NCBI RefSeq assembly: GCF_006345805.1
Contig: NC_043023.1
Coordinates: forward strand, 13,826,001-13,890,000
DNA from: Octopus sinensis
Taxonomy: Eukaryota
Reading direction: 5' to 3'
Length of the DNA stretch: 64,000 bases
Shown here: in pieces, positions 13,286 to 25,160 of the stretch
Position numbering within the stretch: position 1 is the stretch's first letter
Layout of the letters: each line of letters opens with the position of its first letter
The notes under the pieces: generated by a model
The model's input: the letters and a program-made list of their open reading frames with translations, nothing else
What the model was told of the DNA's origin: nothing
Database searches by the model: none
Made by a program: the position numbers and the translations under genes

Positions 13286-13720
13286 GGAGTGGCTGTGTGG
13301 TAAGTAGCTTGTTTACCAACCGCATGGTTCCGGGTTCAGTCCCACTGCGTGGCACCTTGGGCTAGTGTCTTCTACTATAGCCTCAGGCCGACCAAAGCCT
13401 TGTGAATGGATTTGGTAGACGGAGACTGAAAGAAGCCCGTCGTATATATGTGTATATATATATATATATCATCATCATCATCATATATATATATATATGT
13501 GCGTGTATGTTTGTGTGTCTGTGTTTGTCCCCCTAGCATTGTTTGACAACCGATGTTGGTGTGTTTATGTCCCCGTCATTTAGTGGTTCGGCAAAAGAGG
13601 CCGATAGAATAAGTATTGGGCTTACGAAGAATAAGTCCCGGGGTCGAGTTGCTCAACTAAAGGCTGTGCTCCAGCATGGCCGCAGTCAACTGACTGAAAC
13701 AAAGAGTAAAAGAGTAAGCT
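13285..13720 (+). mobile_element. Composite SINE family A
   Basis: Full head, (TA)/(CAT) linker and tail. Confidence 0.9.
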
Positions 13721-13754
13721 GGGACCCTCATCATCATAACTGATAGAGTGCTCT

Positions 13755-14985
13755 GCAATGACCCAGTGGTTAGGGCAGCAGACTTGTGGTTGTAGGATCG
13801 CGGTTTCGATTCCCAGACCTGGGTTGTGAATGTTTATTGGGCGAAAACACCTAAAGTTCTACGAGGCTCCGGCAAGGGATGGTGGCGAACCCTCCTGTAC
13901 ACTTTCACTACAATTTTCTCTCAATTTTTCTTCTTGTTTCTGTTGTACCTTTATTTCAAAGGGGCCCAAATTTGTCACACTCTGTGTCACGCTGAATCTC
14001 CCTAAGAACTACGTTAAGGGTACATGTGTCTGTGGAGTGTTCAGCCACTTGCATAAAGAAGTGCCGATCACTGAAAGTGGAGAGAAGTTGTTGAAGGGTT
14101 CCAGGAAGGACATGGGCTGAAGTATTTGAAGGCCACTCCCAGAATGTTGGGTCTTATGTAGGATATGGCTGACGACCATGTGACTCTTTCCTGTACATGA
14201 GAAGATCTGAAACCAAGATACCATGTAAAATGCATTGGTGCTGGTGCCATATAAAACGATTTGGGTAAAGGATTGTGTGGGGGCACAAAGGCAGCGGACT
14301 CGCGGTCGGAGGATCGCGGTTTCGATTCCCAGACCGGGCGTCGTGTGTGTTTATTGAGCGAAAACACCTAAAGCTCCACGGGGCTCCGGCAGGGGGTGGT
14401 GGTGGAAGGACATGGGCTGAAGTATTTGAAGGCCACTCCCAGAATGTTGGGTCTTATGTAGGATACGGCTGACGACTGACAATCATGTGGCACTTTCCTG
14501 TACATGAGAAGACCTGCTCTCGGCAAAAAGAATTGATATCCTGAAACCAAGATACCATGTAAAATGCATTGGTGCTGGTGCCATATAAAACGATTTGGGT
14601 AAAGGATTGTGTGGGGGCGCAAAGGCAGCGGACTCGCGGTCGGAGGATCGCGGTTTCGATTCCCAGACCGGACGTCGTGTGTGTTTATTGGGCGAAAACA
14701 CCTAAAGTTCTACGAGGCTCCAGCAGGGGGTGGTGGCGAACCCTGCTGTACTCTTTCACTACAACTTTCTCTCACTCTTTCTTCCTGTTTCTGTTGTACC
14801 TTTATTTCAAAGGGCCAGCCTTGTCACTCTCTGTGTCACGCTGAATCTCCCCGAGAACTACATAAAGGGTACACGTGTCTGTGGAGTGCTCAGCCACTTA
14901 CTTGAACATTAATTTCACGAGCAAGCTGTTCCGTTGATCAGATCAACTGCTGGAACCTTCGTCGTCGTAACCAACAGATGCCATT
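13755..14985 (+). mobile_element. SINE family C copies interleaved with a duplicated decayed RTE 3' fragment
   Basis: Block ggacatgggctgaagtatttgaagg...ggattgtgtgggggc plus SINE-C head occurs twice (from about 14106 and 14406); degenerate GxPxRTWAEV motif. Confidence 0.7.
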
Positions 14986-14994
14986 AATATAGAG

Positions 14995-16117
14995 TTACCT
15001 CTGCCTTAGTGAAGGTGGAGATATTATTTTTTAGTTATGTTTGTTTGACCATGGACAAGATATCTCAAGAACCACTGGATGGATTAGGATGAAAATTGTC
15101 AGGGATGTTTGGTCTTGTAACTAGCATGAACTGATTAGATTTTGGGATCAATCTGGTACCGGACAAGGATTCTGGATTATTTTTGCCATTTTTTTACTTA
15201 AATTTTGAGAGTGGTCAGGTTCATTTTTAGGATTCTCATTTCTGAGAGCTATCAAGTTTCTTTCAGATATTCTCATTTTAATAATCATCTCTGGTTAATT
15301 ATCGAGAGGATGTTGGTGTTGCCTTGGCAGGGGTTTTCACTCTCTGAGTGTAATTGTTATTATTATTACCTCCACCTTTGCTAAGGTATTGTTTTCAGTT
15401 GTCTTTGTTTGACCATGGACAAGATATCTCAAGAACCCCTGGATGGATTTGGATGAAACTTTCAGGGATGTTTGGCCCCATGACTGGCATGAACTGATTA
15501 GATTTTGGAATCAATCCGGTACCGGACAAGGATTCTGGATAATTTTCCCTTTTTTTTTTTTAAAGCTTAATTTTTGAGAGTGGTCAGGTTCATTTTTAGT
15601 ATTCTCATTTGTGAGAGCAGTTGAGTTTATTTCAGATATTCTCATTTTAAAAATCATCTCTGACTAATCATTGAGAGGACGTTGGTGTTGCTTTGGCAGG
15701 GGTTTGCACTCTTTGAGTGCACTTATTATTATTATTATTTCCTCCACTTTAGCGAAGGTGGAAGTGTTATTTTTAGTTGTTTTTAGCTTGTTTGTTTGTT
15801 TGTCCATGGACAAGATATTTCAAGAACCGCTGGATGGATTTGGATGAAACTTTCAGAGATGTTTGGCCCCATGACTGGCACAAATTTATTAGATTTTGGG
15901 ATCAATCCAGTGCCGGCCAAAGATTCTGGATTATTTTACCTGTTTTTTTTACTTAATTTTTGAGAGTGGTTGGGTTCATTTTTATTATACTTGTTTGTGA
16001 GAGCATTCAAGTTTATGTCAGATATTCACATTTTAAAAATCATCTCTGGCTAATCATTGAGAGGACGTTGGTGTTGCCTTGGTGGAAGTTTGCTCTCTCT
16101 GAGAGCTCTTATTATTA

Positions 16118-16153
<36 letters not shown>

Positions 16154-16454
16154 TAGTTTTATTTTTATAGCGTGCTTTCACTTCACTACCGAGCGCAGCT
16201 CTGTGTGCCTTGGGTATGTGCTGTGATTTGTTGTGATGCTCTGATGGTTATTGTATGGAAAGTGTTCTGCGTAGGATGTGTGCAGTGCCTAGTAGTGCAA
16301 TTTTCTGTATGTTATATGTGTTTGTAAGTCCTGGTGTTTTTGTTATGTATTTGTCTGAATATTTTTTTATCATGCCTAATGCGCCTACTATGATAGGAAT
16401 TGTTTCTGTTTTCAGATTCCACATTCTAGTTACCTCTATTTCCAGGTCTTTGTA

Positions 16455-16506
<52 letters not shown>

Positions 16507-16873
16507 GTTATTATTGTTATTATTGCCTCCGCCAAAGTGAAGTTGGAGGTATTGTTTTTAGTTGTATTTGCTTGATTGTCCATGGACAAGATATCTCAAG
16601 AACCACTGAATGGATTTGGATGAAACTTTCAGGGATGTTTGGCCTCATGACTGGCATGAGATGATTAGATTTTGGGATCGATCCAGTACCGGACAAGGAT
16701 TCTGGATGATTTTTACTGTTTTTTTTTTTTTTACTTAATTTTTAGTATTCTCATTTGTGAGAGCAGTCAAATGTATTTCGGATATTCTCATTTTAAAAAC
16801 CATCCCTGGCTAATCATTGAGAGGACATTGATGTTGCCTTGGCAGAGGTTTGCACTCTCTGAGTGATCTTGTT
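14995..16873 (+). mobile_element. Array of four Helentron-type non-autonomous elements (HINE-like, about 360 bp each)
   Basis: 5' hairpin ttacctccrcc...ggYggaggt, GTTT microsatellite, 3' ccttggcrgaggtttgcactctctgagtg, (TTA)n spacers. Confidence 0.75.
16151..16456 (-). mobile_element. R4/Dong-clade (RLE) non-LTR retrotransposon 3' fragment inside (TAA)n
   Basis: Minus ORF YKDLEIEVTRMWNLKTETIPIIVGALG...IQKIALLGTAHILRRTL; (TTA)n on both sides. Confidence 0.75.
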
Positions 16874-17084
16874 TATTTTAATTTTCATTCTTTACACAAT
16901 TAAGTTGAGATAGGAGTGGTAGCCAGCCATTATAAAACCGATCTAAGGAGGATGTTAGTATGACCTAGTTCCCCAGAACTACAACTAGCCATTGTCCACT
17001 GTGGTTGTAGTGTAACCTCAAGCTATTTTTAGAAAGGAAACCAAGTGACACACATGCTAACAAACACAAACACACAAAAAAGCG

Positions 17085-17863
17085 AGCGAGCTGGCAGAAA
17101 GGTTAGCACGCCGGGCGAAATGCTTAGCAGTATTTCGTCTGTCGTTACGTTCTGAGTTCAAATTCCGTCGAGGTCGAATTTGCCTTTCATCCTTTCAAGG
17201 TCAATTAAATAAGTACCAGTTATGCAATGGGGTCGATGTAATCGATTTAATACCTTTGTCTGTCCTTGTTTGTCCCCTCTATGTTTAGCCCCTTGTGGGT
17301 AGTAAAGAAATCGGTATTTCGTCTGCCGCTACGTTCTGAGTTCAAATTCTGCCGAGGTCGACTTTGCCTTTCGTCCTTTCGGGGTCGATAAATTAAGTAC
17401 CAGTTATGCACTGGGGTCGATGTAATCGACTTAATCACTTTGTCTCTCCTTGTTTGTCTCCTCTGTGTTTAGCCCCTTGTGGGTATAAAGAAATAAGTAT
17501 TTCGTCTGCCATTACGTTCTGAGTTCAAATTCTGCCAAGGTCGACTTTGCCTTTCATTCTTTCGGGGTTGATTAAATAAGTACCAGTTACACACTGGGGT
17601 CGATATGATCGACTAAATTCCTTTGTCTGTCCTTGTTTTTCCCCTCTGTGTGTAGCCCCTTGTGGGTAGTAAAGAAATAGGTATTTCGTCTACCGTTACG
17701 TTCTGAGTTCAAATTCCACTGAGGTCGACTTTGCCTTTCATCCTTTCGGGGTCGACTAAATAAGTACCAGTTACGCACTGGGGTCGATATAATTGACTTA
17801 ATACCTTTGTCTGTCCTTGTTTGTCCCCACTGTGTGTAGCCCCTTGTGGGCAGTAAAGAAATA
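17085..17863 (+). mobile_element. SINE family B tetramer (one head, four about 185-bp body-plus-tail units)
   Basis: gagctggcagaaaggttagcacgccgggcgaaatgcttagc occurs once; three junctions aaagaaat(a/c)(g/a)gtatttcgtc. Confidence 0.9.
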
Positions 17864-17864
17864 G

Positions 17865-18416
17865 GTGTGGGGGAAGGGTATCTTTTTTTCTTCACAAATG
17901 TAAATAAACCCAATCTGTTTCTTAAACGAGGGACATATTTATACGGCACAGAATGTTTTCACCTCAATAGACGTCATTGATTGGTTGAAATTGTAGAAAT
18001 TGAAGAAAAAAAAACAACAAATATCTTACAAACTTTAGAATTTTCTCAATAAAGCCAAGAGAAAAAGATGTTTTATAAACACATTCTACCAGTATACGAA
18101 GTTTAAAAGTGTTTAGTTACGTGGAAATTATTTTTAGAAACTGCCGGTCAAACCGAAAAGATCCCTGTTTCTTAAACGAGGGATATATTCATATGGCACA
18201 GAATGTTTTTTACCTCAATAGACGTCATTGATTGGTTGAAATTGTAGAAATTAAAGAAAAAAAAGACAACAAATGTCTTACAAACCATAGAATTTTCTCA
18301 ATAAAGCAAGAGAAAAAGATATTTTATAAACACATTCTACCAGTATACGAAGTTTAAAAGTGTTTACTTACAAAGAAATTATTTTAAAATCTGCCGGTCA
18401 GACTGAAAAGATCCCA
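17865..18416 (+). mobile_element. MITE family H, partial, with a duplicated terminal block
   Basis: Two consecutive ...ctgccggtcaaaccgaaaagatcc ends. Confidence 0.8.
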
Positions 18417-18739
18417 GAGCTGTAGTTTAACTGTATCTGTTAATATGGTGAAGTAGTGACATTTAAGCCTTTCTCTAAGGCTTTTTATGTCGTGCCTAAA
18501 GTGACATACATTCAAAACAGAAGCCGAGGACGTCCATAAATCTTTTAAGCTGTTTGTACTTTTACACATTCTTCTGTGTTATATAACATCAGTATAATTA
18601 CACAGCAGTGCTGTAGTTTAGCTTGGTAAATTTTGCCAGGTTTTAAAGCTTAGAGGCAGAGGTGTAGTTTAGCTTGTTAAATTATAAGTGTCTCTTATGA
18701 ATCGGCCGCTGTACATATTTTCTTCTAAGTATACTAATT

Positions 18740-19160
18740 TCTATACTATACATTAGATAATGTAGTCCTAGATACACTATGCCTGAATAAAAGATGGGAT
18801 GGTCACAGCTGGAACGTATTTGATCATAGGTCTATCTGGATCAGGACTGACCTGGGGCTAAACAATAACAACAGTTATAGCCACTAATACTAACTACTAT
18901 ACTATACATTAGATAATGTAGTCCTAGATACACTAGGCCTGAATGAAAGATGGGATGGTCACAGCTGGAACGTCTTTGATCATAGGTCTATCTGGATCAG
19001 GACTGACCTAGGGCTAAACAACAACTATAGCCACTAATACTAACTACTATACATTAGATAATGTAGTCCTAGATACACTAGGCCTGAATAAAAGATGGGA
19101 TGGTCATTGGTGGAACGTCTTTGATCATAGGTCTGTCTAATACTAACTACTATACTATAC
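18740..19160 (+). repeat. About 150-bp tandem repeat (3+ units), same family as 45895-46570
   Basis: cattagataatgtagtcctagatacact at 18751, 18907 and 19052. Confidence 0.9.
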
Positions 19161-19369
19161 ATTCCCCAGTTGCTACGTTACGAAAACAAACAAACCAACA
19201 CCGGTTATCAAGCAGTGGCAGGGCACAGACACAAAGGCACTCACACGACGGGCTTCCTTTCAGTTTCCGTCGACCAAATCCACTCACAAGGCTTTGGTCT
19301 GTCCAAGGCTAGATCGAGAAGACACTTGGCCAAGGTGTCAGTTGGTGCAGTGCTGTAGTTCAACTTGTT

Positions 19370-20605
19370 AAATTCTGCGAGTTTTAAAGTAAGGTAGAAC
19401 TGAAGTTTAGCTTGTTAAATTGAAATGAGGTCAGTGCGCTTAAAGTAGGTCATATGTATAGTTGAGAATCTTGAATTTTAAGGTTATGAAAACTAGATCG
19501 AGCAAGGCAGAGCCGTATATTAGCTTGTTAAATTGAGAAGTGTTACGGAAGTAGATTTAGGTGGTATTTTTTATTTCAGCTTGTTAAATTGTGATACTGT
19601 TAAAAAAGAAAAACAAAAGCTACTGTAGTATGGTAGAACTGTAGATTAGCTGGTTAAATTGTGATTGTAATATAGAGCTGAATTAAAGCAGAGCTGTAGT
19701 TTAGCTTGCTAAAATTGGGAAGTGTTACGGAAGTAAAATTCGGTAGAGATGTAGATTAACTTGTTAAATTATGATAGCGTTTATAGAAGAGAAGGAATAT
19801 AGTTTAGCTTGTTTAATTGTGAACTACTGTGAAGTAAAACCGTAGTTTAGCTTGTTAAATTCTGTTCTAGAAGTAAATTAAGGTAGAACTGGGTTCTTTT
19901 CCTTTTGTAGATCCTAGAACTGTTGTTTGGCTTAATTGTGATAAACTACCTCAGTAAGGTAAGACTGTAGTTTAGCTTGTTAAATTGTGATATAGAAGTA
20001 AATTAAGGCAGAACTGTAGTTTGGCTTGTTTAATTGTGATAAAAACTACCTTGAGGTAGAACTGTAGTTTAGCTTGTTAAATTGTGATATAGAAGTAAAT
20101 TAAGGCAGAACTGTAGTTTGGCTTGTATAATTGTGATAAAAACTACCTTGAGGTAGAACTGTAGTTTAGCTTGTTAAATTGTGATATAGAAGTAAATTAA
20201 GGCAGAACTGTAGTTTGGCTTGTATAATTGTGATAAAAACTACCTTGAGGTAGAACTGTAGTTTAGCTTGTTAAATTCTATTATAGAAGTAAATTAAGGC
20301 AGACCTGTAGTTTGGCTTGTTTAATTGTGATAAAAAAAACTACCTTGAGGTAGAACTGTAGTTTAGCTTGTTAAATTCTATTATAGAAGTAAATTAAGGC
20401 AGAACTGTACTTTGGCTTGTTTAATTGTGATAAACAACCTCAGTAAGGTAAGACTGTTGTTTGGCTTGTTTAATTGTGATAAAAACTACCTTGAGGTAGA
20501 ACTGTAGTTTAGCTTGTTAAATTGTGATAAGGAACTACTGTAAGGTTATGACAGTGTTGTAGAAGTAAAACAAGGTAGACCTGTAGTTTAGCTTGTTAAA
20601 TTGTC
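19370..20605 (+). repeat. AT-rich 48/49-bp satellite with a 97-bp dimeric higher-order repeat
   Basis: Alternating aactgtagtttagcttgttaaattgtgatatagaagtaaattaaggcag and aactgtagtttggcttgtttaattgtgataaaaactaccttgaggtag. Confidence 0.9.
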
Positions 20606-20924
20606 AGTGAAATCGTGGACAAGTCTTCTGTTACAGACAACAGGTGAGGTTCCTGCTGAACTACCTGCGCAGATGAGGTGTCTGTCGTGATCAAACGTTG
20701 GCGCTGTACATGTTTTCGGGCTGTGGCTCCTTTGACACCCACGCCACATTCCTAGTGCCCCCACCCCAACTGACCATCACAAACATTGACCTCTTTCTGA
20801 AACAAATTCAAAGCAAATGTATTTCACAAATATAACTTAACCTAATGATCCCATTATTTTGTTGTTTTTACATGAATTGACCTAGTTTTCACACAAATCA
20901 CTACCCCATTATCGCCCTAATTTT

Positions 20925-21123
20925 CTGTATCTCTCTCTCTATCTATCTATCTATCTATGCATCTATCTATCTATATCTGTCTATCTATCTATCTATATCT
21001 ATCTATCTATCTATCTATCTATGCATCTATCTATCTATATCTGTCTATCTATCTATCTATATCTATCTATCTATCTATCTATCTATGCATCTATCTATCT
21101 ATATCTGTCTATCTATCTATCTA

Positions 21124-21170
<47 letters not shown>

Positions 21171-21207
21171 GCATCTATCTATCTATATCTGTCTATCTAT
21201 CTATCTA

Positions 21208-21254
<47 letters not shown>

Positions 21255-21291
21255 GCATCTATCTATCTATATCTGTCTATCTATCTATCTA

Positions 21292-21326
<35 letters not shown>

Positions 21327-21395
21327 ATCTATCTATGCATCTATCTATCTATATCTGTCTATATATCTATCTATATCTATCTATCAATTTATCTA

Positions 21396-21432
<37 letters not shown>

Positions 21433-21539
21433 CTGTTTGCCTGTCTATCTGTCTGTCTCTATCTATTTATCTGTCTGTTTATGTATGTATGTATGTATGT
21501 ATGTATGTATCTATCTATCTATCTATCTCTATCTATCTT

Positions 21540-21600
<61 letters not shown>

Positions 21601-21680
21601 ATCTGTCTATCTGTCTATCCATCTATCTGTCTGTCTATCTATCTATCTATCTGTCTTTCTGTCTGTATAGCTATCTATCT
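20925..21680 (+). repeat. (TATC)n microsatellite
   Basis: Direct periodicity; continues after the LINE at 24464-24590. Confidence 0.95.
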
Positions 21681-24463
21681 ATTTGTTCAACGCCTACGTC
21701 AGAAGTGTTGACCCTGACTTCATCACTGTCACGGAAACATGGGCGCATGTGATGGGGTTTTCAACATCACGGGGTACAACCTCTTCCGTAAGGACCGCAC
21801 TAACCGCTGTGGTGGTGGTGTGATGGTCTACGTTCGTTCAAATTTTTTGGTAATTCCTTGTGCCGATTTGAACGAATCACAAGAAGAAGTTTTTTTCTGT
21901 GATGTACGTATGACCATGTCAACACTCCTGCTTGGCGTTGTTTATCGTCCACCAAATTACCATCAGGACACACAGCTTTGCAATATCCTCCGAGCTGCAG
22001 CCAGGAAAACAGCCACTTATGTGTTTATTGCAGGCGATTTCAATCATCCTGAGATCGATTCGGAAACCTTCCGTTGGCCACAGAGTGCAAACGATTTTGT
22101 TGAGCTTGTGCTGGACTCAAACTGGTCACAAGTAGTCACCTCTCCAACAAGAGGCGACAACACCTTGGACCTGCTCTTCACCACAACTCCTGAAGCGGTT
22201 ATCAATTGCAATACGGAGGAACCTCTAGGTGACTCTGATCATGCTATGATCATCGCCAATCTGGCTCTTGCGGGCAACAAACACCTGAACCATCTCCAAT
22301 CTGCTTCCTTCGATTGGGAGAGAGAGCAGATTGGAACCTGTACCACACTGAACTACAGCACCCAAACTGGCGTGAATTCTACAACTCTGGAGATGTGAAT
22401 ACTATACTCCAGAGTATCCTGGACTCAATATGGGCAGCATGTGCAGCATCAGTGCCACGTAAACAAAAAAAGAAGAACCGCCCCAAAAGGGCAATTTGGG
22501 AAACTTCAGCGGTCCGACTTGCCAGGAGGGAACGTCGGACTGCTGAACAGGAATACAGGTTGCATAAATCAGACACCAACAGGAAGAAGCGGAATAAATC
22601 CTCCAACCATCTCAAGCAAGTGACAAAAAAAGCAGTGCTTGAATTTGAACAGTGCATAGCAGCCAATCCTGACAGCAAGGTTTTCTGGAAATATGTGCAT
22701 TCAAAGCAGAGACCTCACTCTCCAGTGGGCCCTCTTCGCAACCCTCACACGAACCAGATCACTGACGACCCCAAGGAATGCGCAGAACTCATTGCCGAGT
22801 GCTATGCAAACATATTCACTGTCGAAAGTCAAAATGTACCATCACTAACAGCAAACTCCATAACAACTATGGAATTTACACCTGCAATGCTGCGACGTCA
22901 CCTTCAAAATAAGCACAACTATGCCTCCCCTGGTCTCGATGGAGTTACATACCTGCTTCTCAAACGTGGCAGGCACTTCCTTTTACACCAGCTTTCTATT
23001 TTCTTCCAGTACTGTCTCAACAATGGTGCTACTCGGAGCAGTGGAAAACTGCCAGTGTCATTCCTCTGTTCAAAAAGGGCGACCGCACATCACCTGTCAA
23101 CTATCGCCCAGTCAGTCTCACTAGCTGTATTGCAAAACTGATGGAATCGTGTGTCAGAGAAACACTCTGGAACTTCTGGAGCTCTCACAGTCTCATCCGA
23201 CCCTCACAATATGGATTTGTCCCTAACTCCAGCTGCAGTGACCAGCTTGTCGAGTTCCTTGAGGACATTACTCAGATTACTGACAGTGGCTCATGGGTGT
23301 GATGTTGTCTACCTTGACTTTGCTAAGGCTTTCAACTCTGTGCCACACAAAAGGCTTATGGTGAAACTCTCTGCAATGGGTGTGGGGGATGACCTTTTTA
23401 ACTGGTTGAAATCCTTCATCCTCAGCCGAAAGGAGGTAGTCACAGTTCTAGGACAGCACTCTACACCATATGAGATGTCATCGGGTGTACCACAGGGATC
23501 TGTCCTTGGTCCCCTCCTGTTTGTGGCATACATTAATGACATAGATGCCAATTTAAAGAATGCCACAGTATTGAAATATGCAGACGACATCAAGCTGTAC
23601 CTTGAAATCAAGAGGACTGATCCTGATGTCTACAACTCTTTCCTGCAATCAAACCTTGACACAATGCAGCAATGGATCACAGACTGGCAACTGAAACTGG
23701 CTGTGGACAAGTGCACCACCATGCATTTTGGGAGAAAAAACCCTGCGTCCACATACTCCCTCCACAACACTGATATCAAGAAATCCTCTTGCGAGCGTGA
23801 CCTAGGCATCACTGTCAGCAGTGATTTGCGTTGGACAAAGCATATCTCTAAAATTGTCAAGAAGGCCGAGGGTGTCTTGGCATCACTCAGCAAGACTTTT
23901 GTTAGCCGCTCTCCAGCCATCTATTTAAAACTGTATACAGCTATGGTACGACCACACTTGGAATTCGCATCATCAGTTTGGAACCCCTATCTTGCTCAGA
24001 ACATTGACCTCCTGGAATCTGTCCAGAGACGTGCAACCAAACGCATACCCTCCATCAGACACCTACCATATTCTGAGCGCCTTGTTTCCCTGGGCATGGA
24101 TTCACTGAAGCTCCGGCGTCTGGCGACGGACTGGTAAACACCCACAAAGTTATCAACCACCTCACCAACAACAACACTGAACACCTTTTTGATCTCCATG
24201 TGTCTAACACACGTGGACATGCCTACAAAGTCAGAAAACAACACAGCTCCCATGACTTTCGGAAACATTTTTTCACGCTCAGAGTTGCTGAAGCATGGAA
24301 TAAACTGCCTGCGTCAGTTGTTGACTGCCATGACACTGCATCCTTTAAGGCCCTCATGCTTTCCGAAATCCGCCGAAACTACACCTGATTATATATACAC
24401 TTTAGATGAGTTGTAGTGCACCTGAGCACTGTACACAATTATTATTATTATTATTATTATTAT
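21681..24463 (+). mobile_element. CR1-clade LINE ORF2 (APE endonuclease plus reverse transcriptase), 5' truncated, several frameshifts, (ATT)n tail
   Basis: VTETW, GVVYRPP, IAGDFNHP, PTRGDNTLDL, SDH; SPGLDG, YLDFAKAF, GVPQGSVLGPLLF, YADD, RPHLEFASSVWNP, FFTLRVAEAWNKLP. Confidence 0.95.
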
Positions 24464-24964
24464 CTATCTATCCGTCTGTCTAGCTATCTATCTATCTATC
24501 TGTCTGTCTGTATAGCTATCTATCTATCTATCCGTCTGTCTGTCTGTCTAGCTATCTATCTACCTATCTGTCTGTCTGTCTCTGTCTAATATGCACACAC
24601 ACACACACAGTGGCTCTCTTGTTACGGAACACAACAATGCCTTCCTCTGATGAGCCATAGCAGATTGACATCCGAACACACTCGAAAACATCCAGCGATG
24701 CTTAATATCCGCTTCCAAGTATCACGCAACGACACAGTAACACAACACACACATACACACACACATGCTTGTATGTGTGTAATCAGCTTCTTTCGGTTTC
24801 CGTCTACCAACTCTCCTCACACAGCCCAATGCTTCGGTTGGCCTGAAACTCAAGTGGCAGACACTTGTTGAAGGTGCCACACAGCGGGACCAACCTTGGA
24901 AACATTTTGTCGAGAAACAAACATCCCACTGCATAGCCATGTCTGCTACTTAAACCTGTTGTTT

Positions 24965-25160
24965 TGTTGAAGGTAGAACTGTAGTATAGCTTGTTTAATT
25001 ATGGTAAAGCCTACATTGAGGTAGACCTGTAGTTTAGTTTGTTAAGTAAGGTATAACTGGATTAGCTTGTTAAATTGTGATAGTGTTATGAAAGTAAATT
25101 AAGGTAAAACTGTAGTTTAGCTTGTTAAATTGTGCTATAGAAGTAAATTAAGGCAGAACT
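24965..25160 (+). repeat. Continuation of the 48/49-bp satellite
   Basis: gtagaactgtagt(t/a)tagcttgtt(a/t)aatt units. Confidence 0.85.

Noticed and set aside
20957-21752. Long [16 protein letters not shown] and poly-V/T/G/P ORFs throughout the ORF track
   Set aside because: They are translations of stop-free microsatellites with no coding signal
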